Assembly (NCBI GenBank): GCA_019058365.1
Contig: JAHPZE010000001.1
Coordinates: forward strand, 32,001-96,000
Origin: Promethearchaeota archaeon
GTDB taxonomy: Archaea > Asgardarchaeota > Lokiarchaeia > Sigyniarchaeales > SOKP01
DNA: 64,000 bases
Direction: 5' to 3'
Shown piece by piece: positions 50,808 to 60,732 of the stretch. The position numbers and the translations under genes were made by a program. The notes below the pieces were generated by a model. The model was not told the DNA's origin and made no database searches. It was given only the letters and a program-made list of their open reading frames with translations. Within the stretch, counting starts at the first letter, position 1, and each line of letters begins with the position of its first letter.

Positions 50808-52204
50808 CTATTCTACGCCATCCCAACAATATGTACATATCTTTTCTTTCGGTAATCCAATAGCTTTAATTAAATTTTCAAGTCTCTGATATTGCAAAGT
50901 CGTCAATTGTAATTTTGTGCGAACAACTTCGACCATAGCTTTATAATTATCAGATTTTGGATCGGTATATCTGTAGGATCCTGGATATTCTTTCCAATCA
51001 GTTCTTTTATCACCCATCATCCGGCTAAATTCAATTCAGAACGAGATCGAGAGAAATTTAGAAATTTACAACTATAAACAAGTAGAGGACAGGCAGGTCT
51101 CATATGTACTTCCTTAGCTCCATATTCATATAATCTTTAAATTGTTTTTCGAAGTTGAGTACCCCTCACAATTGAATCTTCACAAAAAAGTAAACGTTTG
51201 TTATTAATAAGTTCTTCAATTGGTATTAATTTCATTTTTGCAACTTGGTCTCTAATAGATTGAACTTGTGGCATAAAGTTCCTAGGCCAAGTTGGAGTGT
51301 ATTTTACATAGGGTCGTGAAAAAGGAATTTTAGCTTCATTAACATATCCTAAACCATGTGCTGTTACTGAATCAGGGATCCCTACTACGAGATCAATTTC
51401 AATATTATCATTTTTTGCTAAATAAGATCCACATTTATATCAAACCGATTCTACGTTGATACCTTCATAATTAGATGCAGGAAATCCATAATATACTCAT
51501 AAAAAACCACAAATTTGCAGTCGGTCTCCTAGTCTGATTTTATGTTCGAGACCATTTTTACTTATAAAAATTATTTCACCCGGTCCAAGGTACTTTTTTG
51601 TTTTATAACGCAGATTAGGAAATACACAAGTTTCCATCGTTATGGCATAAGCCCCCGATTTTTCCCCTATAATAAGCAGTGTTCTTCCTAATTTATCTCG
51701 AACAGCGTAGATTTCTTCATTTGTTAATATAAGCATAGTACATGATCCATCAACCATATCTTAAACGTTCTGAATTCCTTCTTCAAATGTAGCTCCTTGA
51801 CTAATAATTGTTGCTACCATTTCGGTAGGATTAATTTCTCCTCCATGCATCTCTGAGAAATGAGATCTATTCTTTAAAGCTTTTTTTGCTAAATCTTCTA
51901 GATTATTAATTTTTCCCACTATAACAATAGCAAAAACACCTAAATGAGAATTGATTATTAATGGTTGATCATCATAATCACTGATTACTCCTATACCTTT
52001 ATTTCCGTGCATTTTCTTAATATCTTTCTCGAATTTGGACCTAAATTGAGTTGTTGTTATGGTTTTAATAAACCGTTGAAAACCATCGGAGTTTTTTACT
52101 GCTAATCCTCCTCTTCTAGTTCCTAAATGAGAATGATAATCTGTTCCATAGAAAAGATCTTCTAAACAATCTGAATCTGAAAAAACTCCGAATAAACCAC
52201 CCAT
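50808..52204 (-). pseudogene. Second, divergent purF-like gene (MGGLFG type), multiply disrupted
   Basis: MGGLFG..YGTDYHSHLGTRRGG start, CTYCWDG end; stops at 51761-51763 and 51497-51499 plus frameshifts. Confidence 0.88.
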
Positions 52205-52315
52205 TATACTTTCACTACTTATTTAAATCGAAAAATATTAATAAATGAAATTATTAATTTGATATCAAACCCTAAATTATTCAAAGTATGAATTTGGAAT
52301 ATTTTATACAACTTT

Positions 52316-54721
52316 TTATAAATTTTCTTTTTGATATTTGAATAATCCTCCTATCAATTGTCCTGTGCTTATCCCTGCGTCTCCCGGAGCAATTAAATTA
52401 TGCTCCAAAAACAAAAAACCCTCATTAATCACTTTTTCTTTAATACTTCTCGAAAAAGAATAATTATATGCAACCCCACCTGTCAATCCAATATAATTAA
52501 TTTGATTTTCTTTAGCAACTTCTAATGCAATTTCAGCAAATGCATTCCCTATTTCAATTTGAAATTTCGCAGCAATATCTGCTCGTGCATTTTTTGAATT
52601 CTCTAGTAAAGAAAGGATATTAAGTATTAGTTTTGAGGTGTTAATTATACGTATTCCATTTTTTCTGGAATACTTAATTTCTAAGTCTATATTATGAGGA
52701 TTACCTCTTGATGCTAAAGCTTCAAGTCTCATAGCGGGTTCTCCTCTGTATGTTTTAATATTTGCTGCTCCTAAAAGATAAGAAACGGCATCAAATATTC
52801 GACCAGTCGAACTAGATAAAGGTATATTCTCGGATAGAAATTTCTGATCTGCATTGCTGAATTGAGAAACCATAGACTTTAATTCATCATTTTTATATTC
52901 TAAATCATTTTCTAATCCAATTAATCTGAAGATTTTTAAAGATTCATCTACACCTAAAGTATTAAGAATAATAGAAGCTGCCATACGAGCAGGATATTTT
53001 GTACATCGATCTCCTCCAATCATTGGTTGATATTCTAAAAAACCAAGCCGCTTATAATCATTATAAGAGCTTAATAAAATTTCTCCGCCCCAAATATTAC
53101 CATCATCTCCATAACCAACACCATCAGTACTTATGCCAATAATTTTTTCATCCAGTTCGATTCTATTTTCTGCCATAAGACTTAAAACATGAGCAAAATG
53201 ATGCTGTACTGAATATAATGGAACATTAAACTGATTTGCTAATTCTTCTCCAAATTTTGTAGTTACAAAAGCTGGATGAGCATCGCAAGTAATAAATTTT
53301 AATTCAGAATCTTTAACTTGTAAAAGACTTTTAATATGAAAAAGAGCATCTTTAAGAAAATTGTAAGTTTCTAAATGAGTTGCATTTCCAATATGTTGAG
53401 TGGGAAATATTCGATTTTTCCTTAAAATTGCTCCTGTTACCGATAATTCAGGACCCGTAGCTAAAGCACTAGGTATTTCTACTTCAAATGGTAATGGTAA
53501 ATATTCTGGAACATAGCCTCTCGATCGTCTAATTAATTTTACTTTATTATTATGAATTCTTAAAACACTATCATCAGCTCTTTGGTAAATTGGTCTATTA
53601 TGAAGTAGAAATACTTCTGCTAAATCTTGAAGTTGGATGAAGATATCTTTATTTTCAATAGCCATAGGAATATAGGATTTATTCCCACTTGTATAGATTA
53701 AAGATTTTTCCCCAATATATTGAAAAAGTAAATAATGGATGCCTGAATAAGGGAGTAATATTCCCACATTGCTTAACCCTGGAGCTACTTGTTCACTAAT
53801 GATAGAATTATCAAAAGATTCCTTTTTTTCTAAAAGAACTATAGGTCTACGAAATGATGTTATTATCTCTTTTTCCTTAGTTGAGATTTTTAGATCATTT
53901 TTGAGAACATCTAAATTTGGAACCATTACAGCAAAAGGCTTATACTTTCTTTCTCCTTTTCTTTCACGGAGTTTTAGAATCGTTTCATCATTCGCTAAAC
54001 AAACTAAATGTGTACCTCCAATACCTTTCACAGCAACAATCTTTCCTTCATTAATTATCTTGGCTGTTTCTTGCAAAATAGAATCAATTGACTCATTATT
54101 AATTATTTTTCCCTGTTTATTATACAAGGTATAATGAGGACCACAAACAGAACAAGCAAAAGTTTGAGCATGAAATCTTCTATTAGTAAAATCCGAATAT
54201 TCTTGAATACAAGATTCAGGTTCAGCTTGCTGGCAGAAAGGAAATTTAATCATTGTACTCCTCTCCCTATCGTAAGGCAATTCGGTTACTGTAGTATATC
54301 TGGGACCACATACAGCACATGCGATAAAAGGATATTTATAATATTTTTTTTTTTGAGGATCATTCATATCTTTTAGACATTCATTACAGATTGCTATATC
54401 TGGTGGAAGAGTTAGGCTAACTCCACGTCCTTGTTCACTTTTCCTTATCTCTAGTTCATTAAATTCTTTTTGAAAATCCAAATAATTTATCTTAATATCC
54501 TCAATGAAAGAGATTTTTGGTTTCTTTATTTCAATATTTTTTAAAAATTTTTTAATATTTTGAAAATTACCTTGTAAAACCAATCTTACTCCTGCATTTC
54601 CCCTATTTAAAATATAACCTTTAAGATTTTGGGAATTTGCTAGATTATATAAAAAGGGCCTAAAACCTACTCCTTGAACAATCCCAGTTATCGTAATTTC
54701 TATTGTTTTATGCTCTTTCAA
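52316..54721 (-). CDS. hypF: Hydrogenase maturation carbamoyltransferase HypF
   Basis: GIVQGVGFRPF, CAVCGPRY, RRFHAQ, KGIGG, QHHFAH, DGVGYG, DAGISTGQ. Confidence 0.96.
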   Translation of the reverse strand: MKEHKTIEITITGIVQGVGFRPFLYNLANSQNLKGYILNRGNAGVRLVLQGNFQNIKKFLKNIEIKKPKISFIEDIKINYLDFQKEFNELEIRKSEQGRGVSLTLPPDIAICNECLKDMNDPQKKKYYKYPFIACAVCGPRYTTVTELPYDRERSTMIKFPFCQQAEPESCIQEYSDFTNRRFHAQTFACSVCGPHYTLYNKQGKIINNESIDSILQETAKIINEGKIVAVKGIGGTHLVCLANDETILKLRERKGERKYKPFAVMVPNLDVLKNDLKISTKEKEIITSFRRPIVLLEKKESFDNSIISEQVAPGLSNVGILLPYSGIHYLLFQYIGEKSLIYTSGNKSYIPMAIENKDIFIQLQDLAEVFLLHNRPIYQRADDSVLRIHNNKVKLIRRSRGYVPEYLPLPFEVEIPSALATGPELSVTGAILRKNRIFPTQHIGNATHLETYNFLKDALFHIKSLLQVKDSELKFITCDAHPAFVTTKFGEELANQFNVPLYSVQHHFAHVLSLMAENRIELDEKIIGISTDGVGYGDDGNIWGGEILLSSYNDYKRLGFLEYQPMIGGDRCTKYPARMAASIILNTLGVDESLKIFRLIGLENDLEYKNDELKSMVSQFSNADQKFLSENIPLSSSTGRIFDAVSYLLGAANIKTYRGEPAMRLEALASRGNPHNIDLEIKYSRKNGIRIINTSKLILNILSLLENSKNARADIAAKFQIEIGNAFAEIALEVAKENQINYIGLTGGVAYNYSFSRSIKEKVINEGFLFLEHNLIAPGDAGISTGQLIGGLFKYQKENL

Positions 54722-54869
54722 TTGCTCAACTACAGGTTTTCAAAGTTAATCTAAAATCTAATTAAATAAATAATTACTATAAAAAAAACTAATATTTTAT
54801 TATGATAGTATTATTAAATTAAGCTTTTGTTATTGAACTAACTATTTAATTAAGTGAAAGTATAGTAAA

Positions 54870-55742
54870 ATGTCTCTAAAAGAAGAATTATGGGACATAC
54901 CTTATCATAAAGCATTTTTCAAGACAAGTCATAATTCATATGTACATTCTATAAGAGAACAACTAAATAAAGGAGTTAGGGGTCTTGAATACGATATACA
55001 TGACAATAAAATACAACAATTAGAAGATTTTGAAGTATATCATTTAGAAAACCACGTTGATTCACTTCTAAGCGAAAATGGCAACCCCAGTAATTTATTA
55101 CTTTCTAATTGGCTTAAAGTATTAGATGACTGGTCTAATGATCAAAATAAAGAACATGCGCCTATAACACTATTTATTGAGCTTAAAGATAACATTATTG
55201 ATTCGAATAATGAGCCCGAAGAACTTTATGGGATAAAGAAACTAAATCAAATTATAGTTAATTCATTTACCTCTGCCACCCTTTTCACGTTTAAAAATTT
55301 CCGAGAAAAAAGCTTTAAATGGCCAACAGTTAGAGAATTAAAAGGCTGTATTATTATTGTACTTGTAAGTTATTGGGGAGGATACTGGGCAGCTAATGAA
55401 GGTGGTTTCAATTCTAGGGTAAGATATATGAATAATTGCTTACAAGGTAAAGATGACATCTGTTTTGTTTCTTGGGTTCAAGAAGACCAAGGAGAAAAAT
55501 CATCTTATCTTAAAGAAAATAGTTATTTTTGGAAATGTAGCCTTGGATATAGCACCAAAAACTTTTCTCAAAATTCTGAATCCCAAAGAGTAACCCGAGC
55601 TGATTTTGATAAAATTGTATGGGGAATGCACGTTAAAACATATTATAACAAGAGTTATGAAAATGGATATCGTTGTAATTTTCCTGCTACAGATGTTTGG
55701 GGAACTGATAAATATAATAATTGTTTTCCATGGTCATTTTAA
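54870..55742 (+). CDS. PI-PLC X-domain-like phosphodiesterase
   Basis: SHNSY, QLNKGVRGLEYDIH, VYH, HAPITLFIELKD, WPTVRELKG. Confidence 0.78.
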   Translation: MSLKEELWDIPYHKAFFKTSHNSYVHSIREQLNKGVRGLEYDIHDNKIQQLEDFEVYHLENHVDSLLSENGNPSNLLLSNWLKVLDDWSNDQNKEHAPITLFIELKDNIIDSNNEPEELYGIKKLNQIIVNSFTSATLFTFKNFREKSFKWPTVRELKGCIIIVLVSYWGGYWAANEGGFNSRVRYMNNCLQGKDDICFVSWVQEDQGEKSSYLKENSYFWKCSLGYSTKNFSQNSESQRVTRADFDKIVWGMHVKTYYNKSYENGYRCNFPATDVWGTDKYNNCFPWSF

Positions 55743-56851
55743 GAGTTTTGTTCACTATAATATTTATAATAAATACTACATGTACCTTCCATTGAAACCA
55801 TACATGGACCTACTGGATTAATCGGAGTACATTCTCTTCTAAATAATTTGCATTCATAAGGGTATAATTTTCCAACCATAACAAGATGGCAAGAACATCC
55901 AGAAGGGATATCTTGAGATTTTTCGATTTTTATGTCAAATTTTTTATCAGCATCATACTCACTATATTTCTCTCTAATGACCAATCCTCCTTCATTTATT
56001 CTTCCAATACCTCTCCATGGAGAGGAAACAGGCTCAAAAACATCTTCTATTATCTTCTGAGCGATAATATTTCCTTCAGGCTTTACAAATCTAGAATATT
56101 CATTTAGTGATTCATACTTTTTATCTCTCATTTGCTTCAAAAGCATTAAAATCGAGATTAACACATCATTTGGTTCAAATCCAGATATTACATTAGGGAT
56201 TTTATATCCTTGGGAAAATATTTCATATGGTTTTAACCCTATTATGGTTGACACATGCCCAGGTGAAATAAAACCATCGATTTTTAATTGAGATTGGCTT
56301 ATTAAAAGTTCTAAAGCAGCGGGTATCAACTTATGAGCACAAATCACTGAAAAATTTGAAGGGGGCTCAGATTGTATTTCATATCCAATTAATGGAACTG
56401 TAGTTTCAAATCCTATTGCAAAAAATATTACTTCTTTATCTGGATTTTCTTTAGCTATTTTAACGGCATCATTCGGGCCATATATAATACGAATATCAGC
56501 GCCTTTGGCTTTAAGTTCAGCAAGAGAGATATTTGAAGCAGGAACTCTGATCATATCTCCAAAAGTTGTTATTATCGTGTCATCTCGCTTTCCAAGCTCA
56601 ATTGCTTTATCAATATCAGCAGCAGGGCATACACATACTGGGCATCCTGGACCCGATAATACTTCAATTTCTTTAGGTAAGAGAGTTCTTAATCCATATT
56701 TAGAAATAGTATGTTCATGAGTCCCACAAACATGCATAAATTTAACTGGTTTATCTATTTCTTTAGTAATTTCATTTATTTTCTCAATAATTTTATCTGT
56801 AAATTCTTTACTTCTTAAAACATCTAAGCCAGGAATATTCATTTTTATCAC
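55739..56851 (-). CDS. hypD: Hydrogenase maturation protein HypD
   Basis: MHVCGTHEH, GPGCPVC, GFETT, PGHVS, GPCMVSMEGTC. Confidence 0.96.
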   Translation of the reverse strand: MIKMNIPGLDVLRSKEFTDKIIEKINEITKEIDKPVKFMHVCGTHEHTISKYGLRTLLPKEIEVLSGPGCPVCVCPAADIDKAIELGKRDDTIITTFGDMIRVPASNISLAELKAKGADIRIIYGPNDAVKIAKENPDKEVIFFAIGFETTVPLIGYEIQSEPPSNFSVICAHKLIPAALELLISQSQLKIDGFISPGHVSTIIGLKPYEIFSQGYKIPNVISGFEPNDVLISILMLLKQMRDKKYESLNEYSRFVKPEGNIIAQKIIEDVFEPVSSPWRGIGRINEGGLVIREKYSEYDADKKFDIKIEKSQDIPSGCSCHLVMVGKLYPYECKLFRRECTPINPVGPCMVSMEGTCSIYYKYYSEQNS

Positions 56852-56854
56852 CTA

Positions 56855-57907
56855 TTAGCAAATCCGAGGTATTGGTTCTCCCAACGGCATATCTACAAAT
56901 CGGGTCCCACCAACAATTGTTTTTAAAAATACTCTTTTAGGATTTTCTGCTTTTACTTTACCAATAATTTCAGCATCTTTCCCAATTTGAGTTGATTTTA
57001 TTTTCTTTAAGACATCTTGAGAGTATTTTGGATCAACTGCTAAGAGAGCTCTTCCTTCACATGCTATATTATAAGGATCTAATCCTAACATTTCACATAT
57101 AGCAATAACTTGATTCTTAATTCGAACCTTTTCCTCATCAATCCAAATGCTAACGTTAGATTTTGCCGCCCAATCATTTAAAGCAGCAGCAATACCACCA
57201 CGAGTAGGATCCTTCATTGCATGAATATAATTATTAATAATCTCAAACTTAATTTTATCATAAATTTCAAGTAATAATGAAATGTCTGATTTTAAATCAG
57301 TAGATATATTTAAACCTTCTCTAGAAGCCATTAATGCTGTCCCATGATCTCCAATACTTCCAGTTAGGATAATATTATCTTCAGCCTTAATGTTGTTATC
57401 TAAAATTTTTATGTTTTTATCTTTGATCCCAATACCGGTTGTGGCAATTATTATTTCATTCAATGTTCCCCTCGGCATAACTTTAGTATCTCCAGCAATT
57501 ATGGCGATTCTCGCCTTAGCAGCCATAAAATTCATTGAATTAACAATTTTTTCTAGTTTGTTGAATTCAAAGCCTTCTTCAATGATTATTACAGAAGTTA
57601 AAGCTAAGGGCTCAGCACCCATCATTATAAGATCATTAACCGTTCCGCAGACACTAAGAGTTCCTAAATCTCCCCCTGGAAAAAATAATGGATAAATTGT
57701 ATGACCATCTGCAGTAACAACAATTTCTTTTTCATAATTAATTAAAGGAATTGTAGCTCCATCATCTAATTCTTCGATACCAATCCCGTTATTAACGTTT
57801 TTATATGGTATATTTTTAGTTATAAATTCTATTAATTCTTCTTGCAGAACGCCACCCGCTCCATGAGCTAAACGGATTATATTTGAGCTCTCTTTTTTTT
57901 TACTCAT
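56855..57907 (-). CDS. hypE: Hydrogenase maturation protein HypE
   Basis: LAHGAGG, FFPGGDLG, GDTKV, KDPTRGG, C-terminal PRIC. Confidence 0.96.
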   Translation of the reverse strand: MSKKKESSNIIRLAHGAGGVLQEELIEFITKNIPYKNVNNGIGIEELDDGATIPLINYEKEIVVTADGHTIYPLFFPGGDLGTLSVCGTVNDLIMMGAEPLALTSVIIIEEGFEFNKLEKIVNSMNFMAAKARIAIIAGDTKVMPRGTLNEIIIATTGIGIKDKNIKILDNNIKAEDNIILTGSIGDHGTALMASREGLNISTDLKSDISLLLEIYDKIKFEIINNYIHAMKDPTRGGIAAALNDWAAKSNVSIWIDEEKVRIKNQVIAICEMLGLDPYNIACEGRALLAVDPKYSQDVLKKIKSTQIGKDAEIIGKVKAENPKRVFLKTIVGGTRFVDMPLGEPIPRIC

Positions 57908-57975
57908 AATAGAATGAATGAATTGAAAATTAAAAGAATTTATGTTATATCCTGAGTGATTGTTAAAAAGAGGTA

Positions 57976-58791
57976 CTAAATTAATTTAAGTATGGATTCC
58001 ATTGAATTTTTAGCTACTTTATACGGATCTTCGCCCCAAATTTGTTCATTGAATAGTTCTAAAGAAAGCCACTTATCATAACCAATATCCTTTAATTTTT
58101 TGACAAACATTTCAAGGTTAAAAAAACCCAGACAAGGTAAAACTCTATGTGAATCTTGTAATTCTTTATAAGGCTTCTCAATGGCATCATTAATATGGAT
58201 TAACCATAATTTTTTTAGCTCAATTGATGCTAATTCTTCTATAGGATGTTCACCAACGAAATAATGAAATGTATCAATAACCAATCCCATATCTGGTAAC
58301 TCTTCATGCTCGATGATTTTCAATGCCATCTCAACTTTTCTTACAGAACAATTCGGAAAGCCAAGAGGCTCAAAACCGAGTTTAAAATCATATTTTTCTG
58401 CTAATTTAGCAATAATTTTCAGTCTGTCTACAGTTTTAGAAATAACTTTTACAGGTTCCAGATAAGAGTCTTCAAGAAAGCTTGGAACAGCAATAATCAT
58501 ATCACAGTTGACTTTATTTCCGATATTCATTAATCTCTCAGTATATTCTAAGATTCTTTTAAATTTATTTTCTGGACACAGAGAAAATAATTCAATAGCA
58601 TTAATACTTATGCATTCAAGACCGTTATTCTCCAATAAATCTTTTAAATCCTGAACTCTATATTCCTTAAGATATTCAAAGGTCTCGTCTCGTCTCAATT
58701 CAACACCTTGAAAACCTGCTTTAGCTATCGCATCCAAGAAAATTTTCATTGGAGTTTTCATTAATGTTGCTTGATTTACGGCTAATTTCAT
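57976..58791 (-). CDS. Sugar phosphate isomerase/epimerase, IolI/IolE-like TIM barrel
   Basis: GFEPLGF, DTFH, HINDA, RVLP, SLELF. Confidence 0.85.
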   Translation of the reverse strand: MKLAVNQATLMKTPMKIFLDAIAKAGFQGVELRRDETFEYLKEYRVQDLKDLLENNGLECISINAIELFSLCPENKFKRILEYTERLMNIGNKVNCDMIIAVPSFLEDSYLEPVKVISKTVDRLKIIAKLAEKYDFKLGFEPLGFPNCSVRKVEMALKIIEHEELPDMGLVIDTFHYFVGEHPIEELASIELKKLWLIHINDAIEKPYKELQDSHRVLPCLGFFNLEMFVKKLKDIGYDKWLSLELFNEQIWGEDPYKVAKNSMESILKLI

Positions 58792-58869
58792 ATAAGAACC
58801 TAAGTTTTCTTCTTTTATTCAATTATGGAGTGATTTATTTATTTTATTATTTGTTTTTTTAATTTCCCT

Positions 58870-58938
58870 TTAAAATAAAACTCTATCCGTTCCATTAGAT
58901 AAGCGGGTTATATTTGAGCTCACTTTTTTTAGACTCAT
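58870..58938 (-). pseudogene. Orphan diverged copy of hypE 5' end
   Basis: MSLKKVSSNITRLSNGTDRVLF* vs HypE MSKKKESSNIIRLAHGAGGVLQ; shares TTATATTTGAGCTC and ACTCATAAT with 57877-57910. Confidence 0.8.
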
Positions 58939-59412
58939 AATTGCCAAATTGAAACAAATGTTATAAGAATTTAGATTATCAAAGAATTAATTGAAATTTA
59001 GTTATTTAATAACTAGGATTTAAATTTATTTTCGCTTTGCATAAAAATGATGGATCTCGATATTCTGTAGATAAAATATGCCTTAATTATGAAAAATCTT
59101 ATAATTTATATAATGAATTATTATTCATATAATTTCCTTTAGCAAATTTTTTTTCTGCTTTGAACAACAACAATTTAAAAAAGTTTCATTTCATATTCTG
59201 AAATTTAAAATAAATTACTTGAATGTCAGCTTCCAAAACTAATGAGAAATTAATTTTGAATATTTATTCATATATTTAAAATAATTTAATCTAAATACTA
59301 AAATAATCAGAAATTTTTAATAAAGTTATGAATAAGATAGCTCAACTAATTTTATTTAATAAAAATTAGCTAATTTAAACAAACAAAATATACAATAAAA
59401 AATTGATAAAAA

Positions 59413-60729
59413 ATGGCTGTAAAAGTTGCTTTTTGGCAAAATTCTGACTGCTGGGGCTGTCATCAATCCCTTATAGACCTACATTTACAATTGTTGCCAG
59501 TTTTACCAGCGTTAGAAATTGTTTATTGGCCAGCAGTAGTTGATTTCAAATATGAAACATTAAAAGCTAGAGAACCTGGAGAAATTGTTGTAGGCTTCAT
59601 TGAAGGAAGTCTTAGAACAAAACAGGACCTTGAAGGTACAAAATTAATGCGTGAAAAATGTGCTATTATTGTTGCATTTGGTAGTTGTTCATGCTACGGT
59701 AACGTACATGGATTAGCTAATCAATGGAATATTCAAGAATGCATTGACAGAAAATTCTCACAAGTAGAGAGTATTGCAGATGAGAGTGGTGGCGAACCTA
59801 CTCAGCATGTTCCTGGTTTTGAATCAAAAATTGTCCCTGTTGATAGGGTAATTAAAGTGGATGCGTATATAGCAGGTTGTCCACCAAAATCAGAACAAAT
59901 ATTTGCAGCAATTGGATTTTTACTGGGTCAAAAGCCATTCCCAATGCATGATTTGGCATTTTGTAATGATTGTGCGTTAAATCAATCTGGATGTCTATTA
60001 GATGCTGGAAAATTGTGTTTTGGACCAATTACCAGTATGGGATGTTCATTAAAATGTCCAAATGCTGGAAATCCTTGTTTAGGATGTATGGGACCAGCAA
60101 AAACAGTTGCTCATAGAGCTGAGAAATTAAATAGTATGACGCAAGATCTAAGCGGAATCAGTTCAGGAGATAAAAAGAGTTTATTTGAATTCTTGGCTTT
60201 ATTCTTAAATGTCCCTTTAATGGCTGGGTTTGATCTATCGGGGGACATTCTGAAACAAGTGAAGAAGAGAGGCGCTCCAGAAACTCCCTTAGCAAATCTT
60301 CCTCCTTCAACAGAAGAAATTGCTACAAACTTAATGATCTTTTTAAAGAATAACCCTGATTTCACCGAGATCTCAAATGTCTGTGATACGTGTCCGAGGA
60401 TTATCGGTAGTAAATCTACGATGACAAAAGTTAAACGCGATTATGAAGGGCTCCCAAATATGGAAGATTGTTTACTTGAACAGGGATATATTTGTATGGG
60501 GCCAGTAACTAGAGCTGGTTGCGGTGCTTTATGCATTAAGGTTAATGCTCCATGTACTGGCTGTTATGGTCAGACAGTATGGAATGTTGATCAAGCAGAA
60601 AGGTTTGCTGATACAGTACTGAAGGGATTTAATATAAGTCTTTCCAAAGAGGATTTACTTGCTCAGGTGAAAGATCCTATTGGTACTTTTGAGAAATTTA
60701 CATTAAGCGCAAGAAAAGGAGGTGCGTAA
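59413..60729 (+). CDS. mvhG: F420-non-reducing hydrogenase small subunit, extended
   Basis: DCWGC, EGS, FGSCSCYG, GCPP; Fe-S C-terminal module present twice. Confidence 0.9.
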   Translation: MAVKVAFWQNSDCWGCHQSLIDLHLQLLPVLPALEIVYWPAVVDFKYETLKAREPGEIVVGFIEGSLRTKQDLEGTKLMREKCAIIVAFGSCSCYGNVHGLANQWNIQECIDRKFSQVESIADESGGEPTQHVPGFESKIVPVDRVIKVDAYIAGCPPKSEQIFAAIGFLLGQKPFPMHDLAFCNDCALNQSGCLLDAGKLCFGPITSMGCSLKCPNAGNPCLGCMGPAKTVAHRAEKLNSMTQDLSGISSGDKKSLFEFLALFLNVPLMAGFDLSGDILKQVKKRGAPETPLANLPPSTEEIATNLMIFLKNNPDFTEISNVCDTCPRIIGSKSTMTKVKRDYEGLPNMEDCLLEQGYICMGPVTRAGCGALCIKVNAPCTGCYGQTVWNVDQAERFADTVLKGFNISLSKEDLLAQVKDPIGTFEKFTLSARKGGA

Positions 60730-60732
60730 TAA

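Noticed and set aside
51497-51499. In-frame TGA in purF-like gene as Sec or Trp recoding
   Set aside because: Looks like TGG-to-TGA in a gene with TAA stops and frameshifts; intact genes here use TGG for Trp and TGA as stop.
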